A DNA stretch of 64,000 nt. It comes from an uncultured Candidatus Saccharibacteria bacterium. Its GTDB lineage: Bacteria; Patescibacteriota; Minisyncoccia; Phycocordibacterales; Phycocordibacteraceae. Shown in pieces: positions 24,195 to 33,340 of this stretch. The stretch is from NCBI GenBank assembly GCA_964607655.1, contig CAZSKX010000001.1:83434-147433 (forward strand), given 5' to 3'. Numbering within the stretch: position 1 is the first letter of the stretch; every line of letters starts with the position of its first letter. Both the position numbers and the translations under genes were made by a program. The notes below the pieces were generated by a model. That model saw only the letters and a list, made by a program, of their open reading frames with translations, was not told where the DNA came from and ran no database searches.

Positions 24195-27035
24195 GTGGCC
24201 TTCGATCATAAAAAAATTGAAAAAGAAGTACAGGCTAAGTGGGAGAGCCTGAATCTCTACGAGACCGATCTCGCGGACGACACAAAAGAACCGTACTATC
24301 TGCTCTGCGAGTTCCCGTATCCGTCGGGCGACCTGCACATCGGCCATTGGTACGCCTTCTCGGTGACCGATATCTACGCGCGTATCCTCCGCCTGCGCGG
24401 TAAGAATGTGCTCTTTCCGATAGGATTCGACGCGTTTGGGCTACCGGCAGAAAATGCTGCGATCAAGCACGGCCTCGATCCGAAGGAATGGACTTACGGC
24501 AATATCGAGCGCATGCGCGGCCAGCTCAAGAGCATGGGTGCGTCTTTCGACTGGAGTAAAGAGGTCGCTGCCTGCGACCCGAACTACTACCACTGGACGC
24601 AGGGGCTCTTTACCAAGCTCTTCGAGCACGGGCTCGCCGAGCATCGCGAGGCGAGTGTTAAGTGGTGCCCGAAGGACCTCACCGTGCTCGCGAACGAACA
24701 GATCATCGACGGCACGTGTGAACGTTGCGGAACCGAGGTAGAAGAGAAGCGTCTCACCCAGTGGTTCTTTAAGATTACGCAGTACGCCGAGCGCCTGCTC
24801 GAAGGGCTCGATACCCTCCCGTGGCGCGAAGAGATCAAGGAGGCACAGCGCGCATGGATCGGTAAGAGCGAAGGGGCTTATCTCGACTTCGCGGTCGCGG
24901 GTCGCGAGGAGAAGATTCGCGTCTTCACGACGCGGCCAGACACTCTTTTTGGATCCACGTACGTGGTGCTCGCGCCTGAACACTCTCTCGTACAGACTCT
25001 CGGCGATATTGTTTCTAATAAAGAAGAGGTCGACGCATATGTTAAAGCGACCGCGGCCAAGACCGAGCGCGAGCGCAGTGAGAATAAGGAGAAGACCGGC
25101 GTGTGTCTCGAGGGAGTGAAAGCGATTAACCCTGCGACTAAGGAGGAGATTCCAGTATACGTCGCCGACTATGTGCTCGGCTCTTACGGCACGGGTGCAG
25201 TGATGGCTGTCCCAGCCCATGACGAGCGCGACTTTGAATTCGCACAGAAATACAATCTTCCAATTAAGGATGTGGTGATGCCGGTGCTGCCTGATGTTTC
25301 TAATCCCCATCAGCCTGGCAAGGAGGTGGTATTCCGTAAAGCGACAATCAACGTCGTGTATGATCCAAAGAAGAAAAGATATCTCATTTTGAAATGGAAG
25401 AAGCAGCCGTGGATCACCTATGTGACGGGCGGTGTGGAGGAAGGGGAAGACCTCGTCGAGTCGGCAAAGCGAGAAATCGCAGAAGAGACGGGGTATACCG
25501 ATGTGAAGTTTGTGCGCAAGCTCGGCGGGGATGCGCAGGCAGAGTTCTACGCTGCTCATAAGGGTGTTAATCGGGTTGCGCGTAACTCCATGCTGTACTT
25601 TGAGCTACAGAGTGATCAGCGAGCTGACGTTGCCGAAGACGAGCAGGCACAACACGAAGTGGCGTGGGTAAGTAAAGACAAACTGCTCAAAACAAAGATC
25701 CAGCACTCAGAAGCGCAGCTGATACTCGATCGTCTCTTCGGCGGAATGGGTGCGCACACAGGGCCCGGGATACTTATTAGCTCCGGTGAGTTTGATGGCC
25801 GGTGGAACGAAGAGGCGAAGTGGGACATTGTTGCCTCTGCGGGAGGGGAGAAGGCCACGCAATATCGCCTGCGAGATTGGAGTATCTCGCGCCAGCGCTA
25901 CTGGGGCTGCCCGATCCCGGTCGTCTATGACCCAGAAGGGAAGCCGCATGCGATCCCAGCTGAGCATCTCCCGTGGCTCCTGCCGACCGATGTTGATTTC
26001 AAACCGACCGGCAACGCCTCGCCACTCGCGAGCTCGCAGGAGCTGAAAGATCGGGTGACGAGAATCTTTGGCGAGGGGTGGGCACCTGAGTTCGATACGC
26101 TCGACACCTTCGTCGACTCCTCGTGGTACTTCACGCGTTACCTCGATCCTAAGAATGATCACCAGTTCTCCGATCCTGCCCTGATGAAGAAGTGGTTGCC
26201 GGTGAATCGCTATTCGGGCGGGAGCGAGCACACGACCATGCACCTGCTCTACGCGCGCTTCTTCACCAAGGCGCTACATGATCTCGCACTCGTCGACTTT
26301 GACGAGCCATTTATCGAGCGCTTCAACCGCGGACTTATCCTCGGCCCCGACGGAGCGAAGATGAGCAAGTCGAAGGGGAACGTCATCAATCCCGACGAGT
26401 TTGTGCAGAAGTTTGGTGCTGATGCAGTGCGCATCTACCTGGCCTTTATCGGGCCATACAACGAACCGGGGAGCTATCCGTGGAATCTCGACGGGGTTAC
26501 CTCGATGCGTAAGTTCCTCGATCGCATAGAGCGCGTCGCCGATCGGGTCAACTTGGGGGTGAAACCCCCAAGTGAGGAGGAGGTGCTTAAGGGGGTGCTT
26601 GCAGTGGCGAGCCAGAAAATCTCAGTGGACGGTGATCGGTTTAAGTTCAACACAGCCGTGTCGGCACTGATGATCGCTCTTAACGAATTTGAATCTGCAG
26701 AGAGCGTCTCGATTGATGCGATGAAGACGTATCTCATTCTGCTTGCGCCATTCGCGCCGCATCTTGCTGAGCACCTCTGGGAGAAGCTTGGCGGGGAAGG
26801 CAGTGTGCACCAGCAGCCCTGGCCCGATCTTGCGGTCGAAGTAGCCGCTGAAGTAGAGGTGGTGGTGCAGGTTTCCGGTAAAAAGCGTGGGTCAATCACG
26901 CTGTCACTCGAGGCGTCAGAAGAGGAGGCTCTAGCTAGGGCGAAAGCCATACCTTCAGTCGCCACAGCCCTCGGGGACTCCGAGCCCAAACGGGTGGTGT
27001 ACGTGCCGGGCAAGATCCTTAACTTGGTCGTTTAG
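24195..27035 (+). CDS. leuS: Leucyl-tRNA synthetase carrying an inserted Nudix hydrolase domain (about residues 362-525) after the CP1 editing domain. Also contains copy 2 of the 24-nt palindromic element.
   Basis: HIGH (DLHIGHWYAF), CP1 (TRPDTLFGSTYVVLAPEH...GTGAVMAVPAHDERDFEFA), KMSKS, anticodon-binding and C-terminal domains. Nudix box GGVEEGEDLVESAKREIAEETGY matches GX5EX7REUXEEXGU exactly. Confidence 0.9.
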   Translation: MAFDHKKIEKEVQAKWESLNLYETDLADDTKEPYYLLCEFPYPSGDLHIGHWYAFSVTDIYARILRLRGKNVLFPIGFDAFGLPAENAAIKHGLDPKEWTYGNIERMRGQLKSMGASFDWSKEVAACDPNYYHWTQGLFTKLFEHGLAEHREASVKWCPKDLTVLANEQIIDGTCERCGTEVEEKRLTQWFFKITQYAERLLEGLDTLPWREEIKEAQRAWIGKSEGAYLDFAVAGREEKIRVFTTRPDTLFGSTYVVLAPEHSLVQTLGDIVSNKEEVDAYVKATAAKTERERSENKEKTGVCLEGVKAINPATKEEIPVYVADYVLGSYGTGAVMAVPAHDERDFEFAQKYNLPIKDVVMPVLPDVSNPHQPGKEVVFRKATINVVYDPKKKRYLILKWKKQPWITYVTGGVEEGEDLVESAKREIAEETGYTDVKFVRKLGGDAQAEFYAAHKGVNRVARNSMLYFELQSDQRADVAEDEQAQHEVAWVSKDKLLKTKIQHSEAQLILDRLFGGMGAHTGPGILISSGEFDGRWNEEAKWDIVASAGGEKATQYRLRDWSISRQRYWGCPIPVVYDPEGKPHAIPAEHLPWLLPTDVDFKPTGNASPLASSQELKDRVTRIFGEGWAPEFDTLDTFVDSSWYFTRYLDPKNDHQFSDPALMKKWLPVNRYSGGSEHTTMHLLYARFFTKALHDLALVDFDEPFIERFNRGLILGPDGAKMSKSKGNVINPDEFVQKFGADAVRIYLAFIGPYNEPGSYPWNLDGVTSMRKFLDRIERVADRVNLGVKPPSEEEVLKGVLAVASQKISVDGDRFKFNTAVSALMIALNEFESAESVSIDAMKTYLILLAPFAPHLAEHLWEKLGGEGSVHQQPWPDLAVEVAAEVEVVVQVSGKKRGSITLSLEASEEEALARAKAIPSVATALGDSEPKRVVYVPGKILNLVV
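26551..26574. repeat. Copy 2 of the 24-nt palindromic hairpin element (ACTTGGGGGTGAAACCCCCAAGTG), in-frame in leuS (encodes NLGVKPPSE).
   Basis: Identical to 2612-2635. Confidence 0.85.
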
Positions 27036-27756
27036 CTTTCCAAACCATCTCGAAGATTTGTCGCAGGGTGTCGGTGAGATCTTTGTTTTCAATAATAAGA
27101 ACCTTGCGATCTCGGTGGAGAAAGATTCGAACAAATGAGTCGGTGATTTCAATTGATGCGCGTGCGCTGAATTCATTCTCGGGCAAGTGGATGGTGGTTC
27201 GTTCCGGGAGCCTGTCGAACTTTTCAAATGCTTTAAGAGAGTGATGCTTGGGGACAAAGCTTCTTACTTTAGTTTTTTGTTTAGCGAGCCGCTCGTTGTG
27301 CTCGAGATAGACACCCGGGATCTTTTTCCCATCTGATTTAGCATAGAACGCCAACACCTCCTTACCGGTGAGGTCGCTCTCTTTATAGGCGATTGCTCGT
27401 GAGAGGTCGCTTGCCGTTTCGAAGAGGAGCATGCGCGTGCCTTTCTTGTGTTCGCGACTGAGTGCTAAGAGCTCAGGAAGTGCGCGCTTGGCGTAGGCGA
27501 GACGTTCTTCTTGGAGAGCGAAGAGTTCGTTTGGTTCGCGGGCGATAAACATTTGCTTCTTACTGTGCGGCACCTTAAGCGCGAGACCTTTGAGTCGAAG
27601 CTCGTCGAGGATCACATAGGTGATAGGGCGTTTAACATCGGCCTGTTTGGCAATGGCATATGCCGTGCCTCGCCCAAGCTCGACAAGCGCAATGTACACA
27701 CGAGCCTGCTTCTCGGTGAGGCCGAGCTCTTTGAGATGAGTGACTAGGTGCTCCAT
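27019..27756 (-). CDS. TrmB-family transcriptional regulator.
   Basis: N-terminal TrmB HTH LGLTEKQARVYIALVELGRGTAYAIAKQADVKRPITYVILDELRLKGL plus a C-terminal effector-binding domain. Confidence 0.7.
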   Translation of the reverse strand: MEHLVTHLKELGLTEKQARVYIALVELGRGTAYAIAKQADVKRPITYVILDELRLKGLALKVPHSKKQMFIAREPNELFALQEERLAYAKRALPELLALSREHKKGTRMLLFETASDLSRAIAYKESDLTGKEVLAFYAKSDGKKIPGVYLEHNERLAKQKTKVRSFVPKHHSLKAFEKFDRLPERTTIHLPENEFSARASIEITDSFVRIFLHRDRKVLIIENKDLTDTLRQIFEMVWKAKRPS

Positions 27757-27902
27757 ATAGGAGAGGGTAGCTCAGGGTTATAAATAGTCAATTATTTTGA
27801 CTACGTAACCCACTCGTCACCGCGAGCGATAGGTACGTGCTTTTATGCGCGGGCGAGTACGTTGTTGGTGACAAGGGTCTTTACGGCGCCTAGGCTAGAG
27901 GC

Positions 27903-28883
27903 ATGGCGAAGCTTGAAGTCAGAGACTTAGTGTTCTCGGGCAGGCACGGCACGACGGGCCGCGAGCGGTATGACGCGCAGCGGTTCAAAGTCGATATCGT
28001 GATCGATATTGATACCACACGCGCCGAGCAGTCTGACAGCATTACTGATACCTATGACTACAAGCACGCCAAGAATATAGCTCAGGAGGTGATCGAAGGA
28101 GCGCATCAGGTATTAATCGAAACGCTTGCCGCGCGCATCGCTGAGAGAGTCGCAGCGAAGAGTCCGGTCGAAGCGGCGACCGTTACGATCCAGAAGCTAG
28201 ACGCTTCTTCGAACGGTCTGCCGGCTATTACCATCGAGAAGAAACGCACACCGCAGGAACAGGAGGAACACTTGCTAGATTTTAATCTCATCAACACACT
28301 CACGCTCCTAGATACCCAGGGAGCGGTTTCTCTTCCCATCTTGAGCGAAGCGTATCGAAGGACGCTCCTCGAAGAGGCGCAGACCTACGAGTACGCCAAG
28401 CAGCCCGAGTTTGTCGGGCCTAACAACGTGCGCGAAGAGCTTTCTTCGGTGACCGATTTTCCGCGGCACAGCAAGTTCTGGCAGCTGAAGGAGGACTTCG
28501 AAGAATGCATCGGACGCAAGTGTGCGCAGGCGGGAGTCGATCCCTTTGTGCGGGTGGGGCCGTCCCGGTGGCCGCTCGATTTCAACGAGTTGTCGCTTCA
28601 GCACTATGCTCAGGGTAGCTTTGGGATTTCGCCGCACCAGGATTTCTCCAATCGGGTTAATCTCATTGCGGTGTTTATCCTCACGGGTAAGGCGCGGTTT
28701 GCCTTATGTGACGATAAAGCGGGTTCTAATCCGCGCTATCTCGACACGAGTCCAGGAAATGTGATCTTGCTGCGGGCCCCAGGCTTTCTGCGCTCGAGCG
28801 TACGACCTATCCACGTGCTTCGTGACATCGAAGAGGACCGGATCGTTTTCGGTCTTCGGCAGAAAGGAGAAGTTGATCTTTAG
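27903..28883 (+). CDS. folB: Fusion protein: N-terminal dihydroneopterin aldolase (FolB, T-fold) plus a C-terminal AlkB-like 2OG-Fe(II) oxygenase-type domain.
   Basis: FolB motifs LEVRDLVFSGRHG...FKVDIVIDID...YDYKH. C-terminal HxD (SPHQD) ... H (PIHVLRD) ... RIVFGLR resembling the AlkB HxD...H...RxxxxxR arrangement. Confidence 0.65.
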   Translation: MAKLEVRDLVFSGRHGTTGRERYDAQRFKVDIVIDIDTTRAEQSDSITDTYDYKHAKNIAQEVIEGAHQVLIETLAARIAERVAAKSPVEAATVTIQKLDASSNGLPAITIEKKRTPQEQEEHLLDFNLINTLTLLDTQGAVSLPILSEAYRRTLLEEAQTYEYAKQPEFVGPNNVREELSSVTDFPRHSKFWQLKEDFEECIGRKCAQAGVDPFVRVGPSRWPLDFNELSLQHYAQGSFGISPHQDFSNRVNLIAVFILTGKARFALCDDKAGSNPRYLDTSPGNVILLRAPGFLRSSVRPIHVLRDIEEDRIVFGLRQKGEVDL

Positions 28884-28902
28884 ATACTTTGCTCTTTCAT
28901 CC

Positions 28903-28938
28903 AGGGGTCCCGCCAGGGACCCCTGTTTGATTCTTTTT
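28903..28938 (+). terminator. Rho-independent terminator.
   Basis: AGGGGTCCC-GCCAG-GGACCCCT followed by GTTTGATTCTTTTT. Confidence 0.7.
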
Positions 28939-28952
28939 AATCCTCGACACCT

Positions 28953-29741
28953 ATGACCAAAATCATCGGAATCCTCAATCTCTCGTCTGAAAGTTTTAGC
29001 GGCGATGCGGTAGTCTCCCAAGCGGAGGTCCTGAGCCGAGCCGAAGAGATGGTCGCCCAAGGCGTTGACGTGATCGATGTGGGCGCTCAGACAACCAGGC
29101 CGCTCGCCACTCCGCTTACGGCCGAGCAAGAACTTTCTCGGGTGCAAGACGTAATCAGTGCTATACGACAAGCGTGTCCGCACACTCCGATTTCAATCGA
29201 TACGACTAAGGCAGAGGTGGCGCGCCTCGCGCTTCAGGAAGGGGCGAATATCGTCAATGACATATCGGGAGGTCGTTTTGACGAATCTATACTTTCCGTT
29301 GTGGCGGAAGCAGGCGCACAATATATACTGACTCACTCGCAGGGAACCTTTGCCCAAATGCATGCCCCCTATGTGTATGAGGACGTGGTGGGGGAGATTG
29401 AATCTTATTTCCATGAACGGATCGACTGTTGTCTGAAACAGGGGGTTGCCAAGGAGCACATTATCCTCGACCCGGGGATAGGTTTTTCCAAGTCTGAGCA
29501 AGAAAACAGAACCATCTTACGAGAGCTGCCTCGGCTCAGAGAGCTCGGATTCCCAGTCTGCGTGGGACTCTCTCGTAAGCGCTTTATTGGGACGTGGATC
29601 GGGGAGTCGGTGCCTGCTCGGCGGGATACGGCCACCACAGTGCTTCATGCCCTCTGCTGCATGCATGATGTAGAGTATCTGCGTACGCATAACGTCCGGG
29701 CGCTCTGGGAATGCCGTGAAGTTCTGGCGCAGATGGGCTAG
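28953..29741 (+). CDS. folP: Dihydropteroate synthase.
   Basis: Pterin-binding DHPS motifs (ILNLSSESFSGD, DVIDVGAQTTRP, SIDTTKAEVA, VNDISGG). Confidence 0.85.
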   Translation: MTKIIGILNLSSESFSGDAVVSQAEVLSRAEEMVAQGVDVIDVGAQTTRPLATPLTAEQELSRVQDVISAIRQACPHTPISIDTTKAEVARLALQEGANIVNDISGGRFDESILSVVAEAGAQYILTHSQGTFAQMHAPYVYEDVVGEIESYFHERIDCCLKQGVAKEHIILDPGIGFSKSEQENRTILRELPRLRELGFPVCVGLSRKRFIGTWIGESVPARRDTATTVLHALCCMHDVEYLRTHNVRALWECREVLAQMG

Positions 29742-29814
29742 CGCGGGGAGGATTTTGGTGGTATAAGGAAGGGGTATTGACGATTATTAACTGGTTTGCT
29801 ATAAATTAGACCAC

Positions 29815-30900
29815 ATGGCAACAGCAAAAAAGGCCGGAAAATCAATCAAATCGAAGGGTGTCAAGACCCAGGCGGCCTCTTTCTCTTTCGATAGTAATGC
29901 GCTGGTGAAAAAGCTGCTTGCGGCCGCTCCTGAGCGTAGCCGTAAGGTGCTGATGCAGCGCTTCGGCCTCGGCACTGACGCTGAGCGCGAGACCCTCGAG
30001 GCGATCGGGGATCGTTTGAATATTACGCGCGAGCGCGTTCGCCAGATCGAGGCAGCTGGTCTCTCAGCGATCCGCGCGAGCAAGGCCTTCAAGGAGGCTT
30101 CAGGAGCTTTTGATGAGATCAAGGAGCACATTGAGTCGATCGGCGTGATCATTTCTGAAGAGGAGCTCTTCACGATGCTCGGCAAGGATGAGAAGACGCG
30201 CAATCGTTTCAGGTTCCTCCTCATGGTCGGGTCGTCCTTCCTCCGCGAGCGCGAGACTGATGAGTTCCTCGCGCGCTGGCATGTCGACCACGCTACGGCT
30301 TCGAAGATTCACGAAGCACTTACGCGCCTCTACTCCTCACTCAAGGACGACGAAGTATTTACTGAAGCAGACCTCCTCGATCGTTTTCTTGATGAACTTA
30401 AGACGGTTAATGACGCCTACAAGAACGAAGAGGTTTTGAAGCGTTGGCTCTCCCTCTCTAAGGGTATCGGCAGCAATCCGCTCTCACAGTGGGGTAAGAC
30501 GAGCGCGCCGGCGATCCACATCAAGGGCATTCGCGATTACGCCTACCTCGCGGTAAAGCGTCACGGTAAGCCGATGCACTTCTCTGATGTATCGAAGGCG
30601 ATCGCACAGCTCTTCTCAAAGAAGGCACACGTTGCGACCACGCACAACGAGCTCATTAAGGACCCTCGCTTCGTGCTTGTTGGTCGTGGCCTCTACGCGC
30701 TCACCGAATGGGGCTACCAGCCGGGCGTGGTGCGCGACGTGATCAAGGAGGTGCTCGACAAGAACGGTCCATTGAAGAAGGACGACATCATCAAGCACGT
30801 TCGTCTCGCACGCTTCGTGAAGGACAATACGATTTTGGTGAACTTAAACGATTCGCGCTACTTTAAGCGCATGAAGGACGGACGTTTTGCAGTCGCGTAA
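29815..30900 (+). CDS. Sigma-70 region-4-like HTH DNA-binding protein with a long C-terminal winged-helix-like extension (CPR-typical sigma factor-like HTH protein).
   Basis: RFGLGTDAERETLEAIGDRLNITRERVRQIEAAGLSAIR (sigma region 4.2-like) at the N-terminus. No sigma regions 2/3. Confidence 0.5.
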   Translation: MATAKKAGKSIKSKGVKTQAASFSFDSNALVKKLLAAAPERSRKVLMQRFGLGTDAERETLEAIGDRLNITRERVRQIEAAGLSAIRASKAFKEASGAFDEIKEHIESIGVIISEEELFTMLGKDEKTRNRFRFLLMVGSSFLRERETDEFLARWHVDHATASKIHEALTRLYSSLKDDEVFTEADLLDRFLDELKTVNDAYKNEEVLKRWLSLSKGIGSNPLSQWGKTSAPAIHIKGIRDYAYLAVKRHGKPMHFSDVSKAIAQLFSKKAHVATTHNELIKDPRFVLVGRGLYALTEWGYQPGVVRDVIKEVLDKNGPLKKDDIIKHVRLARFVKDNTILVNLNDSRYFKRMKDGRFAVA

Positions 30901-30940
30901 GTACTAGAAACACCCGCGGCTCCGAAGGAGCCGCGGGTGT

Positions 30941-32329
30941 TTGCTATACTGGGTGCATTATATGGCTTCGCTCTTTGAAAGCGTCGACAAGAAAGTTGAA
31001 AAGCTGAGTGACAATTTCAGCATTAAGTTTGAAGCACGGCCGGTGTTCGTGGCGGTGCTGGTGGTCATCCTCGCGTTGAGCATGGTGTTCCCGGAGGTGG
31101 CTTCAGTCGCCATCAAGGGAGCGCTTTTCCTTGCGCCGGTATGGCTTCCTTTTCTTGTAGTCGGAGGAGCGATCGAGATGTGGTACATCCTTAAACAATC
31201 CGAATTTCTTTCCAATCAGAAATATATCCTGCTTGAGATTAAGCCTCCGCGTGAGCTCGTGAAGACGCCGCTCGCGATGGAGGCATTTATCTCGACGCTG
31301 CACCTTACCGGAGGCGAGAGTAACTGGTGGCAGAGGATTACGGGCGGCCTGCGCCCACACTGGTCGCTCGAGATAGTCTCCTTTGAAGGACAAGTACACT
31401 TCTTTATCTGGGGCAGGGCAAACTTCCGTCGACTGGTGGAAAGCCAGCTCTATGCGCAGTACCCTGGAACTCAAGTGGTAGAGGCGATCGATTATACGCG
31501 GACGATCTCAGCAACACCGGAAGAATGGTTTGTCTGGGGCGTTGATTTCAAAGCCCTCGATGCCGATCCCTTACCGATCAAAACGTACGTCGAGTACGGG
31601 CTCGAGAAGACTCAGAAAGAGCCCGAGCAGATCGACCCGCTTGCGAACCTCATCGAGTTTATGGGCTCGATCGGGAAAGGAGAGTATCTCTGGCTGCAGT
31701 ACGTTATCCGTGCTCACAAAGGGGAAAAGTATCATAAGCTCAACAAAGAAGGTAAGCCTTTTACCTGGGCTGACGAAGGGAAGGAGTTGATAGAAAAAAT
31801 TCGTGCTAAAACGCGCGATCCGTATCTCGATCCGGCGACGGGAGAGGAGCGGCCCGGCTTCCCGAACCCTACTAAAGGACAGTCTGAGAAAATTGCTGCG
31901 ATTGAACGTAACACAGGAAAACTCGCGTTCGACGTCGGGATTCGTGCGGTGTACATCACCAAGCACGACAAAGTGAACGGAGGTACGATCACCCACCTGA
32001 TTGCTCTCTTTAAACCCTTCACCAATACCGGCTGGAACGGTCTCGACTCCACAGGATGGCTAAAAAACTTTAACGATTACCCGTGGGATGCCTTTTGGAC
32101 GAACCGAAAGAAGGAGCACTATCGGCGGGAGCTTGTCGAGGCGTATCGCCGACGTCAGTACTTCTACCACCCTCGCTTCGAAGGGGCGCTAAAAGCAAGT
32201 AAGACTATGGTGATGAGTACGGAGGAGCTCGCAACGATATATCACATCCCGTCACGCTCGGTCGAGACGCCAGGACTCGGTCGTATCGCCTCGACGACAA
32301 GCGAAGCACCGGTTAATCTTCCTATATAA
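30941..32329 (+). CDS. Hypothetical membrane-anchored protein (462 aa).
   Basis: Long intact ORF with two N-terminal TM helices, immediately downstream of the HTH protein. No recognisable domain. Confidence 0.45.
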   Translation: MLYWVHYMASLFESVDKKVEKLSDNFSIKFEARPVFVAVLVVILALSMVFPEVASVAIKGALFLAPVWLPFLVVGGAIEMWYILKQSEFLSNQKYILLEIKPPRELVKTPLAMEAFISTLHLTGGESNWWQRITGGLRPHWSLEIVSFEGQVHFFIWGRANFRRLVESQLYAQYPGTQVVEAIDYTRTISATPEEWFVWGVDFKALDADPLPIKTYVEYGLEKTQKEPEQIDPLANLIEFMGSIGKGEYLWLQYVIRAHKGEKYHKLNKEGKPFTWADEGKELIEKIRAKTRDPYLDPATGEERPGFPNPTKGQSEKIAAIERNTGKLAFDVGIRAVYITKHDKVNGGTITHLIALFKPFTNTGWNGLDSTGWLKNFNDYPWDAFWTNRKKEHYRRELVEAYRRRQYFYHPRFEGALKASKTMVMSTEELATIYHIPSRSVETPGLGRIASTTSEAPVNLPI

Positions 32330-32330
32330 C

Positions 32331-33335
32331 ATGCTTGGATTCTGCGGACGACTGATCGGAGGGGCGCTTACAGCGCTACATTTCCATGTCATGCGGTTTT
32401 ATCGACACTACGTCACGGTTCTATTAGTCGCGCTCCTGCTCCTTATCGGGGTGTATTTCTTGTTGCGCGCACCGCTGAACTTTGCTCCGGGCATGATCAC
32501 GATTAACCAGGGAGAATCAGCTCTTCAAGTCTCTGAAAAACTTTCGGAGGCCAATATAACCACGAGCAAGTGGCCGCTCTGGCTTATGCTGCGTGTTTCG
32601 AAAGGGGACAGTCTTTTGCGTACGGGCACGTACCGCTTCGACAAACCTGAAAATGTCTTTTCGGTCGCACGTCGACTCCTGACTGCCGACTACGGCATGC
32701 CAGTGGCGAAGCTCACCTTCTTCGAAGGGATCACGGTGCGTGAGATGGCGCTGCTCGTGAACGAGGCATTCCCGAGCATTGGCGTGGAGCAGTTCACCGA
32801 GCTCGCGGCGGCGCACGAGGGCTATCTCTTCCCGGACACTTATTTTTTCCCACCTTCAAGTGATGCGCAGTCGATCATCGATACCATGAGAGACACGTTT
32901 GATACAAAGACGGCCGTTCTGCGCACGCAGGCCAGCGCAAAGGGGAGGTCGTTAAGCGACACGGTTATCATGGCCTCGCTGCTCGAGAAGGAGGCGCGCT
33001 CTGATGAGCATCGCCGCCTCGTCGCGGGCGTTCTCTATAACCGTCTCGGTAAGGACATGCCGCTCCAGGTGGATGCCGTCTTTGGCTATATTTTTAATCG
33101 GGATACCTATTCACCGAAGCCCGCTGACCTTAAGGTTGACTCACCCTACAACACCTACCGTAACAAGGGTCTCCCACCCGGGCCGATCAATAATCCAGGA
33201 CTTGCTTCGCTCGAGGCCGCGCTTAACCCCACCAAGACGGCGCATCTCTACTACCTCACGGGCAATGATGGCACGATGCACTACGCGACGACTTATACGG
33301 GCCATAAGACGAATCTTCAAAAGTATTTACAATAA
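32331..33335 (+). CDS. mltG: Endolytic murein transglycosylase MltG (YceG-like).
   Basis: N-terminal TM helix. YceG motifs (LLEKEARSDEHRRLVAGVLYNRL, DSPYNTYRNKGLPPGPINNPG). Confidence 0.8.
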   Translation: MLGFCGRLIGGALTALHFHVMRFYRHYVTVLLVALLLLIGVYFLLRAPLNFAPGMITINQGESALQVSEKLSEANITTSKWPLWLMLRVSKGDSLLRTGTYRFDKPENVFSVARRLLTADYGMPVAKLTFFEGITVREMALLVNEAFPSIGVEQFTELAAAHEGYLFPDTYFFPPSSDAQSIIDTMRDTFDTKTAVLRTQASAKGRSLSDTVIMASLLEKEARSDEHRRLVAGVLYNRLGKDMPLQVDAVFGYIFNRDTYSPKPADLKVDSPYNTYRNKGLPPGPINNPGLASLEAALNPTKTAHLYYLTGNDGTMHYATTYTGHKTNLQKYLQ

Positions 33336-33340
33336 TAATC

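Noticed and set aside
24441-25559. 372-aa minus-strand ORF antisense to leuS. Also the long antisense ORFs at 55941-56984 (in dnaK), 43712-45001, 34959-35825, 49257-50072, 8285-9154 and 5855-6413.
   Set aside because: These are Arg/Ser/Pro-rich shadow ORFs typical of GC-rich DNA. In each case the sense strand carries a well-recognised gene with strong motif support.
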